Below are positions 6,923-16,840 of a stretch of 51,162 nucleotides of DNA, piece by piece (the stretch's first letter is position 1; each line of letters opens with the position of its first letter). Under the pieces are notes generated by a model. That model saw nothing but the letters and a program-made list of their open reading frames with translations. It had not been told where the DNA came from and did not search any database. This DNA is from Patescibacteria group bacterium. Lineage in GTDB: Bacteria > Patescibacteriota > Minisyncoccia > Phycocordibacterales > JACOZG01. Both the position numbers and the translations under genes were made by a program. The DNA lies in assembly GCA_034658935.1 (NCBI GenBank), contig JAYEGE010000002.1, forward strand, positions 1 to 51,162, written 5' to 3'.

Positions 6923-8593
6923 TCACAACTCAGCGATGAAGGTGGAACCCTTGCCGAGACCCTCAGATTCGGCCCAGAGACGGCCATTATGGGCCTCTAC
7001 GATCTGCTTAGCAATAAAGAGGCCTAAGCCTGTGCCGCCGGCGTTAACGTCGCCAGCATGCTCGCCGCGGCCGAATTTCTGGAAGAGGCGCTTGATCGCT
7101 TCTGGCGCTAGACCGACTCCCTTATCCTTAATCGCCAGGCGGAAATGACTCTTAGTCTCATTGGCTCCAGCTGGATTAGTGGTCACTCGGGACAGATTAA
7201 CTTCAATCGGCCCCTCTTCACTATACTTGATGGCGTTATCGACGAGATTATGAATTACCTGGGTGAGCTTGCCCTCATCGCCATTCATCTTATAATCCCC
7301 TTCCCCGATATTTAAATTGATTTCTTGCCTATCGCGCCAAGCCGTCATTTGAAGTTCTTTAACCACGCGCTCGGTCATTTGCCGGAAATCGAAATCGGCC
7401 ATATTGTATTTCATTGAGCCGAGCTCGATGCGGGTAACATTTAAGAAGTCCTCGATTACACTGACTAACTTCTGGCTGGATTCAAAGACCACCGAGACCG
7501 CTCCCTTGACCTTCTCCTCCATATTGCCAAAGGAGCCCTCCAAGAGCATCGAGGAATAGCCCTTGATCGCCGTTAGCGGCGAGCGGAGTTGGTGGGAAGC
7601 AATGGAGACGAACTCCGTCTTCTGCTTATCGATCTCATGTAATTTCTCATTAAGCACAAACAATTTATCATTCGACGCCGTCAAATCCTTCGCCAATTCC
7701 TCAATCCGCTCGCGTTGCTTGACTTCACGCAGCACTGACCTGATCAATAGGATGCCAGCAATCAAGACGAGTAAGAAGACACTGCTCCTGAAAACGACCT
7801 GCCCTAAGGCATCGGAAAAAATGATCTCCAAGAAGGTGACGACCGCCAACACAAACACCAACACCGCCGTCGCCATCACTTTTATATTAAAGAGTTTGTG
7901 TTTAAGGATAGAATAAGCAGTCAGCACAACAAAAGGAATTGTAAACAGGGGCGCGAATGGCACAAAGGTAACTACCCCAAAAATTGTAGGCAGCACTAAG
8001 TTACCTACAATGATAAGGCCGTGTGTGATAATGGTTCCAAGTAAAATCAGCCGCGATTGTTTCCTGAGAACATTTCGAAAACGCCGTGTCTTTTTTATCA
8101 AAATAACAAGACCGGCAACGATGAGAAAAATACTCAAGGCACCGAAAAGAGCTGACGCTGGGCCGAATATTGGCAAAGACACTTGGTTGCCACTGATACT
8201 AGTTAATCCGCCAACCACCCAAGGAGACAAATTTAGAATGGAACATAAAATCACCAAAGGTAAAAGTAGACCTTTGTACCATTTACCAAGAATAGTTTTC
8301 TCCAGTGGGAAAATGTAAAAAAAATGAAAAAGTAAAAAAGCATGCCATATGGCAAGGAAAATGGTCGCCCGAATAATCCAGAGCCGCACCTCTAAATTCT
8401 GAGAAAATAAAGAGTAGTCTTGGTAACTCAAATAATTGACAATACTGTATAGCGCAGAACTTACAGAAAACAAAAGAAAAGCGGTGTTGGTTGCGCTTTT
8501 TCTGTTATTTAGATAAACAGCAAAACCCAAAACCACAATACCTGCAACAGTAATGCCAACCGTTAATAAATCAAGATTCTGTAGAATCCCCAT
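6923..8593 (-). CDS. Sensor histidine kinase with N-terminal multi-TM (about 7TM) input domain
   Basis: Hydrophobic N-terminal half; H-box SIASHQLRSPL, N-box NLVDNAIKYS, DKGVG, GGTGLGL, GKGSTF. Confidence 0.93.
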   Translation of the reverse strand: MGILQNLDLLTVGITVAGIVVLGFAVYLNNRKSATNTAFLLFSVSSALYSIVNYLSYQDYSLFSQNLEVRLWIIRATIFLAIWHAFLLFHFFYIFPLEKTILGKWYKGLLLPLVILCSILNLSPWVVGGLTSISGNQVSLPIFGPASALFGALSIFLIVAGLVILIKKTRRFRNVLRKQSRLILLGTIITHGLIIVGNLVLPTIFGVVTFVPFAPLFTIPFVVLTAYSILKHKLFNIKVMATAVLVFVLAVVTFLEIIFSDALGQVVFRSSVFLLVLIAGILLIRSVLREVKQRERIEELAKDLTASNDKLFVLNEKLHEIDKQKTEFVSIASHQLRSPLTAIKGYSSMLLEGSFGNMEEKVKGAVSVVFESSQKLVSVIEDFLNVTRIELGSMKYNMADFDFRQMTERVVKELQMTAWRDRQEINLNIGEGDYKMNGDEGKLTQVIHNLVDNAIKYSEEGPIEVNLSRVTTNPAGANETKSHFRLAIKDKGVGLAPEAIKRLFQKFGRGEHAGDVNAGGTGLGLFIAKQIVEAHNGRLWAESEGLGKGSTFIAEL

Positions 8594-8786
8594 TAGTCAT
8601 ACTTTAACAAATAATAAGCGGTACTAGTAAGGGCCAGTGATTTTACGGGGGATATTTTCTCAACCTCCGGACCTCTAGTTTGTCTGATTATATAAAACTA
8701 TCTTACCATAATGTTTCAGGATTAAGGTAATCTTAACCGTTCCCTAGGTTCAACAAGTAATTCCATACACTTTGATATAGTCAAAG

Positions 8787-9740
8787 TGTATAGAATTCAA
8801 ACATTTTACGATTGAGGAGCGCGAAAAGATACAAGAATTACTCTGGCAAAAAGTCTCGGTCAGGAAGATTGCCAAAGTACTTGACCGATCGCCATCCTCA
8901 ATCTCACGAGAGACCAACAAGAACATTCCCCTTGAACGGTCATACAAACCACGAGTAGCTCAGGAACGAGTAATTAAGAAACGATCTTGTCGTGGTCACC
9001 AGCTCTGTCTAAAGAGTGGCTTCATTCGTCGGTACGTTGTCGCTAGCCTCAAATCGGGTCTATCGCCAGAACAAATAGCTGGTCGACTCTCTATCGACCA
9101 CCCCGAAGAGTCAATCTCTCATGAAGCTATCTCAATACATCTACTCTGTAGTACACCGAGAGGGGCATGGACACCTGAAGCCGTACTACCACGATCTCCG
9201 TCCATATCTGAAACGTCGATATAAGCGTCGGGTCAAAAAGGGTCTACGTAAATCACGGCGTATATTTAAACCAAGGGGGCCTTCTCTTGAGAACAGACCG
9301 ATAGTGGTTGGAGAGCGAAAACGTGTTGGCGATTGGGAAACTAATACGGTGGAAAGTGTGGGCCACAAACGTGGTCTCAACACCTTAGTAGATCGTAAGA
9401 GTGGTCTGGTGATAATCTCTAGACTTAAAGACAGAACATCGCAAGCGACCACTGAGGCTATTGCCAAGAGATTGAGAAATTAACTCAAACAAAATGCTGT
9501 TATGCCCATCCCTACGCCTCTTGGGAACGTGGCACCAACGAGAATACCAACGGTCTCATTAGGTGGTACCTACCCAAAGGCACAGACTTTGATACTATTA
9601 GTGACGAGCAACTAAAAACCATCGAATACGCTCTAAATACTCGCCTCAGGAAACGTCATCATTGGGGAACTCCCTTAGAAGTATTTAACGAAGAAGTGAG
9701 TCATTACCAGCCAAGTGTTGCATTAAGAGGTTGGATGTAC
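8787..9740 (+). mobile_element. IS30-family transposase remnant (frameshift near 9130, stop and internal deletion near 9483)
   Basis: FKHFTIEERE HTH, SPEQIAGRL, SISHEAI/YQYIY, GDWETNTV, HPYASWERGTNENTNGLIRWYLPKGTDF; right end tgttgcattaagaggttggatgtac resembles an IS30-type terminal IR; left IR not found. Confidence 0.88.
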
Positions 9741-9901
9741 CTTCTAAAACAAGACTTAAACTTTATGGAATTGTTGTCGGTATTAAATAATTTGCGAACC
9801 GTGAGGCCCGACGACAATCACCCTCATAGATATTGCTTTATCTTGCTCTTGTTGTTAGACTACAACAACAGATTTTATTAATTTTTGAGCTGGTAATTCC
9901 C

Positions 9902-10738
9902 ATGTTTAATACTCGCAACGATACAATAGTCAGAAGCCTAATGGATTACGGCCTCAGCGAAAAAGAGACGCTGGTCTACCTGGCTACTTTAAAATTAGAA
10001 GTCGCCACAGCCCAAGAGATCGCCAAGATAGCGGACGTAAACCGAAGTTCAACTTATGTAGTCCTGGAGACCCTCACAAAGAAGGGGTTAGTTGGTATAT
10101 CTGACGACAATAGCGTAAGACGCTATGTGGCCACTTCCCCTGAAGTCCTAGCACAAAACGCCAAAAACCTAGCATCTAAACAGGAAAATATCAAAGAAAA
10201 AATCGTCGATATCTTACCGGAATTGAAAGCCCTTCACAAAGACACGAGAAACAGACCGAGAGTTAAAATTTTTGAAGGCGCAAATGGCATAATGGAAGCC
10301 CTAGAGGATACTTTGGGATGTCGGGAAAGGAAAATTAGAATATATTCAGCAATAGAAAACGTCGCCAAACTATTGCCGCGAAATTATTTTGTCGCTTACG
10401 TTACCAATAGACTTAAACGCAAAATTAGCATGAGCGGCATACATCCGGATAACGAGACCTCCAGGATGTTAACCAAAACAGAAGCAATAAGAATAGACAA
10501 GCCTCTGTTAATACAAGACAAAAGGTACAAATTCCCAGCAGATCTGGCAATCTATGATGATAAAATAGGATATATGTCAGGAGAAGGAGGTGGTCTTGCT
10601 ATTATTATAGAGAGTCCGGCAATGGCTGAAACCATGAAGAATGTCTTTGATTTAGCCTGGGAACGAGCCGAGGACTTGGTCACTCGTCAGTCTGGGGCTA
10701 TGAGGCGTAGCGACAATCGGACAACCAAGTCGAAATAA
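9902..10738 (+). CDS. TrmB-like transcriptional regulator (wHTH plus PLD-like sensor domain)
   Basis: YGLSEKETLVYLATLKL...AQEIAKIADVNRSSTYVVLETLTKKGLV, FEGANGI, IYDDKIGYMS; ATG 9902 preferred over the track start. Confidence 0.88.
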   Translation: MFNTRNDTIVRSLMDYGLSEKETLVYLATLKLEVATAQEIAKIADVNRSSTYVVLETLTKKGLVGISDDNSVRRYVATSPEVLAQNAKNLASKQENIKEKIVDILPELKALHKDTRNRPRVKIFEGANGIMEALEDTLGCRERKIRIYSAIENVAKLLPRNYFVAYVTNRLKRKISMSGIHPDNETSRMLTKTEAIRIDKPLLIQDKRYKFPADLAIYDDKIGYMSGEGGGLAIIIESPAMAETMKNVFDLAWERAEDLVTRQSGAMRRSDNRTTKSK

Positions 10739-11698
10739 GGCCTGGGGTTTTAAGTTTGTTTGAAGAATTTTCTGTAAGTCTTGATAGTGGCTCCCTATCT
10801 GGATCGGGGAGGCCCACATAGCCGTTGAAAATCCGGCCTTAGCTGCCAGCAGGGCAATCCTTTCGTAAGTCTGGCCTACCCGTATCCAGTTCCTCGGCTG
10901 GTCATTTTTTGAAGCAATAACCACTAAAGCTGGTGTTTGTTCAGCCAATAAGCGCCGATCTTTTCTGGCGCTCGCCTTATTCACATTAACGTATTTCATT
11001 AATCGTGGGACCAGGATAGACACCAGAGTGGGCATACCAAAGCCAAAACCAGGCATCCCAATGCAAGAACCCGTTTTATTTGGCACAACATACCTAGAAA
11101 GCTCCTGCCTAAATCCCTTATCGCCCGTTGCCTCTATGGAGGCGGCGACGGCAACGTTGGCAATATCTCGCCTGACTCCCCCATCCTGCACAATAAAAAT
11201 CTTTATCCCATCGGTGTCTAATCGCGTCAGTGCTTCAATTAATCCAAGTGGTAGTCCTCCAAGTTTATAAGGATTACGGTTTGAGACTCTCCGGGAAATA
11301 AAATTAGCCAAATGATCGCGAGGGCCTAGTTTACCATGCTTTGCTTCCAGTTTTTTGACGGCCAACCTAACGACTGACTGCCCCCAGTCAGTTCTATCGG
11401 GGTAAATCACCACAATCTCATGGTTGTAATAGTCTGCCGCAATCAAAATATTTTCTACGGCGCAACCCAAACTCATATAAGCTTGACGATTATTACTATC
11501 ACTGTGGGGCAAAAGCCGAGAGAGTTCCAGGGCAACACTAATGACTCCATTATCAATTTTGAATTTCCAGGGTTGACTATTATGACTCGACGGCGCCAAG
11601 ACCGCAAAATTTAAGAGAAAACACAGTTTGTCCTTGGGCGTTGTCGGCTTATGAAAATCGTCCAAAACCAGCTCCCAAGCTTTATAATTATTACCCAT
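10652..11698 (-). CDS. Acg/Rv2032-like nitroreductase-fold FMN protein
   Basis: AVLAPSSHNSQPWKF, SLGCAVENI, RRVSNRNPY, WIRVGQTYERIAL, ALFRLG; ATG 11698 preferred (track start 11725). Confidence 0.87.
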   Translation of the reverse strand: MGNNYKAWELVLDDFHKPTTPKDKLCFLLNFAVLAPSSHNSQPWKFKIDNGVISVALELSRLLPHSDSNNRQAYMSLGCAVENILIAADYYNHEIVVIYPDRTDWGQSVVRLAVKKLEAKHGKLGPRDHLANFISRRVSNRNPYKLGGLPLGLIEALTRLDTDGIKIFIVQDGGVRRDIANVAVAASIEATGDKGFRQELSRYVVPNKTGSCIGMPGFGFGMPTLVSILVPRLMKYVNVNKASARKDRRLLAEQTPALVVIASKNDQPRNWIRVGQTYERIALLAAKAGFSTAMWASPIQIGSHYQDLQKILQTNLKPQALFRLGCPIVATPHSPRLTSDQVLGSFPG

Positions 11699-11818
11699 AA
11701 AGAGAATATTACCAAAAGCCATCATGAAAACAATGTCCCAGGAGTTGGAGATCCGTGGTAACAGTTCATAACCGCCTTAGCGCCACCCAACATTGGAGAG
11801 GGAAATGGTTATTGAAAA

Positions 11819-13000
11819 CTACAACCCAAAGATCTTTTTGAAAGACTCTACCACCTGCCCCCTTTTGGCAGCAGATTCTGGGGTATCCCAATCAGGAGTA
11901 AGTTCCTTATCCAGAAGGATGAGGGCACGATTAGACTCCAATTCTTGACCATTGAGAATCTTTCGGACACAATAGGCCACTGCGGCCCCATTGATCATTG
12001 CCGCACCCCCTAATTGGGGCCAGGAGACGATCGTCTTGCCCATTTCGAGAAGTGATTGTTGCATCCGCTCAGTAACATTTTCTGGTCCGACATGCTTAGT
12101 AATCATCTTGCCGATACCAAACTTGTCTAATTTGCTAAGCATCTCGTAGTCCACCTCCCCCATTCGCCCATGGAAAAATGGTGTGTCTGGATCTAAATCG
12201 TAGCGTTCGATATCGACAACCGAATTATCTCCATTGTCAGCGGCCATCACCACCGCAATTTTATGTTTTTTCGCGTGCTCTCTAATTAAATATTTAACAG
12301 CGAGATTATCGAGTTCGTCTATAACAATATCCAGCCCCTCAAAAAACTTCCCAATATTGTCAGGCTGAAGACCGTCAGAGAATAACTCAACCTCGGCGTA
12401 GGGATTAATCTCGTAGATTCTCCTCGCGGCCATCTCCACCTTAAGCGCACCGAGATTATCAACCCCCATCAATATGCGATTGGTGTTGGAGAGTGCCAAC
12501 CTGTCCATGTCAGCCAACTTAATATGTTTAGCGCCCCCCTGGAGCGCTAAGGCAAAGGCCACACTAGAGCCGATACTCATTCCCCCTATTCCCACCGTAG
12601 AGTTGTAAAACTTATCTTGCTCTTCAGCGGTGATTAGATTCTTATTGCGGGCCGTCCTGACAAGCCAAAAATCATCCTCCAACAAGATATGTACGAGAGT
12701 CGAGCTCCACGGATAGTACACCCAGTGGCCTTGCCGCCAGAGCGGCATAGATTCGCCCAGCCCCCGAAGATAGTCCTGGAAATCGGTTTCGAAGTTGGGT
12801 GCATACACCTTTGACGGATTGTTTACACCAAATAGCTCACGTTGTTGCTCTTCGTAGTCGTCCACGACTACTTGGACCCCATTTTGATCAATAAGCCCTT
12901 GGAGATCCTCTTCGCCAGACCTCTTCGACAAATCAAAAATCGTGGGCTCTGAGCTTAAATCTTGATTCGCGTTTTCTTTTAAAAATTTCTCTGTTTTCAT
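11819..13000 (-). CDS. ThiF/E1-like adenylyltransferase of the Rv1355c-like type
   Basis: WVYYPW, RTARNKNLITAEEQ, VGIGGMSIGS, LADMDRLALSNTNRI, KVEMAARRIYEINPY, IDELD, SWPQLG. Confidence 0.88.
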   Translation of the reverse strand: MKTEKFLKENANQDLSSEPTIFDLSKRSGEEDLQGLIDQNGVQVVVDDYEEQQRELFGVNNPSKVYAPNFETDFQDYLRGLGESMPLWRQGHWVYYPWSSTLVHILLEDDFWLVRTARNKNLITAEEQDKFYNSTVGIGGMSIGSSVAFALALQGGAKHIKLADMDRLALSNTNRILMGVDNLGALKVEMAARRIYEINPYAEVELFSDGLQPDNIGKFFEGLDIVIDELDNLAVKYLIREHAKKHKIAVVMAADNGDNSVVDIERYDLDPDTPFFHGRMGEVDYEMLSKLDKFGIGKMITKHVGPENVTERMQQSLLEMGKTIVSWPQLGGAAMINGAAVAYCVRKILNGQELESNRALILLDKELTPDWDTPESAAKRGQVVESFKKIFGL

Positions 13001-13002
13001 TG

Positions 13003-14520
13003 TTAATTAGAAATATATTTAGGTTTCAAACCGGGTTTAAAATACTTTTCATGTTGGTAGGACCAAAGTTTAACCCGCGGAGATAAATTTTTGTCAGGAT
13101 GATGCTTAACGGTATCAGAATACTCACTATTGGCTTTCAATAGAGTTTGGCAGACTGCCTTCTTTATCTCAGCCCTAATTTTCGATGTTCCCTTGGTGTC
13201 TTTTCGCATTTCAATATTAACAACTAGACATTGTTCATGATTGGGCAAAGGTTTTTTGATGATAGTAAACTTACCCGTGATTCTACTTAAAAGATTCTTC
13301 CTCGCCAAGGCCATGTGTACGTGACCCGGGTAAATGTTTGCGGCATAGAAAATGACTGTCTGGTCACTCCGGCCGTAGAAAGCAATGAGCGGTAACCGCC
13401 ACGGATTAGTTGCCCCACCGACCCTCAAGTCCTTTTTCCAGTCTAAGCCCCCTCCCTCCAATGTTGATGCAAACTCATCGTAATCAAAGATACGTCCAGC
13501 ATCTTGTAAATCAAATCTAATCAAGGGAACCCCACCATTAGCGGTAAAGATTAGATTACCTCTCTCGCTCTCCTCTATATACCTAAGGGCGGGATTATAT
13601 TGAAACAATTGTGGTGATTGAGGTTGCCCGAAGACCGCTCGACTTTTGCGGCTATTTTTTTCGAAAAATTTTCGCGCCACAATAGTTAGGGGCGTCTCAC
13701 ATCCCATTAACAAGAGCTCGGATGATCCATAAGTGTTTATGGCCGCATTGAGATCAGACTCAGATCCCACCCGCTTCTTAATATAGGAGCGCCACAGCTC
13801 ACTAAAGCCCTCACTACAATAGAGCATTTTGATATCTAGAGATTTCCATCTTACCCCCTTGTTTGCCCCAGTCTCCACTACATCTTTTATGAAGAACGGG
13901 TGTCCGATTAGGAGGGTCTGCTCATAGTCCTTGGAGAGCTCTTTTACTGTCCGCAATATTTCATCTTTGTTGTTACCAGCACTTACCACCGTCGACCCGT
14001 ATTTCCTCATTGAAAACAACCAAGTCGGCAATAAGGTCGCCACTCCCGAGACATAGAAGCCCATTGGGAAACCGATAATGATGAGAGTTTTACGTTTGTG
14101 GATTGCAAAAAGATGTTTATAGATCAACTCATGGGTAATCAATGCTTCCAGATCCTGCTCCGACTGCCTAGGCCAAAAAATTGGTTCGCCGCTCGTCCCA
14201 GAACTCAACGCAATAAGATTATTGCTGGCCAAATTACCATCCCAACATCTGTCTTTCAGAGGATACTTTTTAACGTAATCACTTTTATCGGTAATCGGCA
14301 CTCTATCTTTGAAGTCACTAATAGTTCTAATCTCACGAGGAATCAGTTGATGCTTGTTGAGAAAATCTTTATAAGCCGGAACCCGATCAGCGGCAAGATG
14401 AAAAAGTTTCAGAGCGCGAGCCTCTCCACGACGCTGCCAGAAACTACTATTTTTTGTTTCTAATAGCTTTTCGAATGAGGAGACCCCCCCTATTTTAAGC
14501 TCTGTTAATTGTCGGAGCAT
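13003..14520 (-). CDS. Phenylacetate-CoA ligase (PaaK)-like adenylate-forming enzyme
   Basis: RVPAY, SSGTSGEP, YGSSE, IRFDLQD, GRSDQ; overlaps the lyase stop. Confidence 0.85.
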   Translation of the reverse strand: MLRQLTELKIGGVSSFEKLLETKNSSFWQRRGEARALKLFHLAADRVPAYKDFLNKHQLIPREIRTISDFKDRVPITDKSDYVKKYPLKDRCWDGNLASNNLIALSSGTSGEPIFWPRQSEQDLEALITHELIYKHLFAIHKRKTLIIIGFPMGFYVSGVATLLPTWLFSMRKYGSTVVSAGNNKDEILRTVKELSKDYEQTLLIGHPFFIKDVVETGANKGVRWKSLDIKMLYCSEGFSELWRSYIKKRVGSESDLNAAINTYGSSELLLMGCETPLTIVARKFFEKNSRKSRAVFGQPQSPQLFQYNPALRYIEESERGNLIFTANGGVPLIRFDLQDAGRIFDYDEFASTLEGGGLDWKKDLRVGGATNPWRLPLIAFYGRSDQTVIFYAANIYPGHVHMALARKNLLSRITGKFTIIKKPLPNHEQCLVVNIEMRKDTKGTSKIRAEIKKAVCQTLLKANSEYSDTVKHHPDKNLSPRVKLWSYQHEKYFKPGLKPKYISN

Positions 14521-16058
14521 ACTTTCAGGCGTGACAAAACCTTGGCCAGATCATTAGCCAGGGCCCTATCATCGGTTATTGCGGGGAACATTTCTCTAAT
14601 ACTGCGGTAAAATTCAGCTATTGGGCCAGACAGCTCACCACCGGTTTTGAGTAAATCAGTACATTGAGCCAGAGTGACAACCTCAATAGCCTGAATTATG
14701 AAAGAATTGTCGACTACCTTAGAGCACAGAAGCGCCGCATCAGTCCCCATGCTCACCACATCCTGATTGTCAGCATTAGTAGGAATTGAGTGAACATATT
14801 GTGGGTATGCCAAGGTCTGACTTTGGGCGGCAGTTGAAGTCGCCACAAACTGGAGCCCCTGCAGGCCTAATGTTAGCCCTGGTTTCTGTAAATTTAAAAA
14901 GGGGGGGAAGGTGGCGTTGACCTTATCGTTTAGGAAGAAATTGATTCGCCTCTCGGCCAAAAGGCCGAGTTTTACAATAGTCATCTTGAGTTGATCAACG
15001 GCGTAAGCGATGTAGTCACCATGGAAATTACCACCATGGAGAAAACTCTCTTTCTCCCAATCAACAATCGGATTGTCAGTAACGGAATTAATCTCGATTG
15101 CCACCATCTCTTTGGCTTTCTCCACTGCATCATAGACAGGGCCGAGTATCTGGGCCAAGCAGCGAAACGAGTAGACCTCTTGGACTGTCTCAGAAATTTT
15201 ATAGACCTCTTCCGCCTGCGTACCATTTTTCTTTAGGTCCTTCCTGTCTTTCAAAAGCTTGGAGTCCGCCAACAACTTCCTTAAGCGGCCAGATACGCAT
15301 AATTGACCGGCATGCGGCCTCAGAGCATGGAGGCCCTCTGCGATACTGTCATCAAAGGCGTTCACTAACTCTAGAGCCCAAGCGCCGGCCTTAATCTCGT
15401 TATCGAGAAGCCCAGCGGCCCTAGAGACAAGCACCGCGGCTATTCCACCCATCACCGAAGTTCCGTTAATCAATGACAGCCCTTCTTTGGCTTTGAGTTC
15501 ATAGGCCTCGAGTTTTAGTTCTCCAGCGACCTTAGACATCGGTTGCCTTTTGCCTTGATAAAAAACCTCTCCTTCTCCTATTAAAGCCAGAGCAACGTGG
15601 GCAAGCTGAACCAAGTCACCACTAGTCCCCACTGCCCCATGCTCGAGAACAACTGGAATAATTCTTTTGTTAATGTAGGCCGCAAGTCTCTCAACTAATT
15701 CAACTGACACACCGGAGTATCCCTTGACCAGAGTGTTAAGCCGCACAAGCATCGCCGCTAAGACATAGTCTTGGTCAATTGGCTCCCCCATGCCAGTGGC
15801 ATGGCTTCTAATTAGATTGACTTGAAGATTGGCCGCCTCATCATCGTTAACAAGATATGAGGCCATTGGACCAAAACCCGTGTTAACACCGTAAACAATG
15901 TGGTCTTCACGATGTTTCTCAAGGAAAGCACGGGACTGCCGCACTTTATCTAAGGCCTCAGGAGAAATCTCCACCGAGCCCTGTGGGCCAGCAATGAACT
16001 GTTGAATATCGCCAATGGTCAGATCTCCCCCAGTCAGAGTCAGTTTATTTCCTTTCAT
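14505..16058 (-). CDS. MIO-dependent aromatic amino acid ammonia-lyase (FjTAL-like; substrate unproven)
   Basis: YGVNTGFGPMA, LQVNLIRSHATG, HGAVGTSGDLVQLAH, INGTSVM, YSFRC, DNP, HGGNFHGDY, DNQDVVSMGT. Confidence 0.92.
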   Translation of the reverse strand: MKGNKLTLTGGDLTIGDIQQFIAGPQGSVEISPEALDKVRQSRAFLEKHREDHIVYGVNTGFGPMASYLVNDDEAANLQVNLIRSHATGMGEPIDQDYVLAAMLVRLNTLVKGYSGVSVELVERLAAYINKRIIPVVLEHGAVGTSGDLVQLAHVALALIGEGEVFYQGKRQPMSKVAGELKLEAYELKAKEGLSLINGTSVMGGIAAVLVSRAAGLLDNEIKAGAWALELVNAFDDSIAEGLHALRPHAGQLCVSGRLRKLLADSKLLKDRKDLKKNGTQAEEVYKISETVQEVYSFRCLAQILGPVYDAVEKAKEMVAIEINSVTDNPIVDWEKESFLHGGNFHGDYIAYAVDQLKMTIVKLGLLAERRINFFLNDKVNATFPPFLNLQKPGLTLGLQGLQFVATSTAAQSQTLAYPQYVHSIPTNADNQDVVSMGTDAALLCSKVVDNSFIIQAIEVVTLAQCTDLLKTGGELSGPIAEFYRSIREMFPAITDDRALANDLAKVLSRLKVCSDN

Positions 16059-16141
16059 GCACCCATTCTAGCAAAAACGGTCTAACTATTCTAGAGATTG
16101 CCTTGAGGTCAATTCGCCATGACCCAAGAAAACGTGTGCTT

Positions 16142-16783
16142 TTACTGCTTAAATCTTACCGCTACCACGCCAGTATTCTCTAAGCGCGGAGGAGTCATTG
16201 CGACGGCAAAAATCTCCGGAGTTACCTTACGATTTGGGACAGGAGGCAGACCTGGCTCGTGAAAAGTGACCTCAGTTTTAGAAACTTCAGTCACTACCAC
16301 CAAATGACTCCAATAGCCCTCTTCTTTTCTTAGGGCATGAGGGTTTACTGCAACCATCAAGATATATCCCTTTTTGTTGTATTCGATCACGTCTTCTATG
16401 GTACAAACTTTATAGATCAGTTTTACGTCCTTATTTTTGAGTAATACTTTTGCCAACCTTTGCTCATGCGCCAAATCAGTCAACTGCTTTTGCCCCTCAA
16501 GCGTCTCGGGACTCCAGATTTCAGCACAATATTTCTCACCCTCTCCCGCAAAACGAGAGTAATTAAAATTTTCCAGATTGACAACCTCTAGGCCCTGTTT
16601 CTCTAAAAGATCTAAGACCAAGCTCATGCTGGTTCCGTAACCCTTAAGGTGGCCAGTGATCATATTAAGTTCAGCATAGGTGAAAATCTTTTTTGGGAAA
16701 AAATATTTCAAGGCCATGCACAGACATGCTTGCACGCAGTGTCTATCATCTATAGTGTTGGGAAAAAATGGTATTTTATTCAT
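16142..16783 (-). CDS. Peptidase C39-like (papain-fold) protein
   Basis: HCVQAC (Cys), SHLVVV (His), FHEPG (Glu where Asp is usual). Confidence 0.78.
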   Translation of the reverse strand: MNKIPFFPNTIDDRHCVQACLCMALKYFFPKKIFTYAELNMITGHLKGYGTSMSLVLDLLEKQGLEVVNLENFNYSRFAGEGEKYCAEIWSPETLEGQKQLTDLAHEQRLAKVLLKNKDVKLIYKVCTIEDVIEYNKKGYILMVAVNPHALRKEEGYWSHLVVVTEVSKTEVTFHEPGLPPVPNRKVTPEIFAVAMTPPRLENTGVVAVRFKQ

Positions 16784-16803
16784 GTTTTGTATTATAAATA
16801 TAA

Positions 16804-16830
16804 AGACGGGAGGCCGCGATCGGCCTCCCT
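16804..16830 (-). terminator. Hairpin with weak U-tract between the micro-peptide and the C39 gene
   Basis: gggaggccg-atcg-cggcctccc followed by gtctttat. Confidence 0.55.
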
Positions 16831-16840
16831 ATGACAGAAG

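Noticed and set aside
14505-16058. Histidine utilisation (hut) operon
   Set aside because: No hutU/hutI/hutG nearby, and the NQDVVSMG motif differs from HutH
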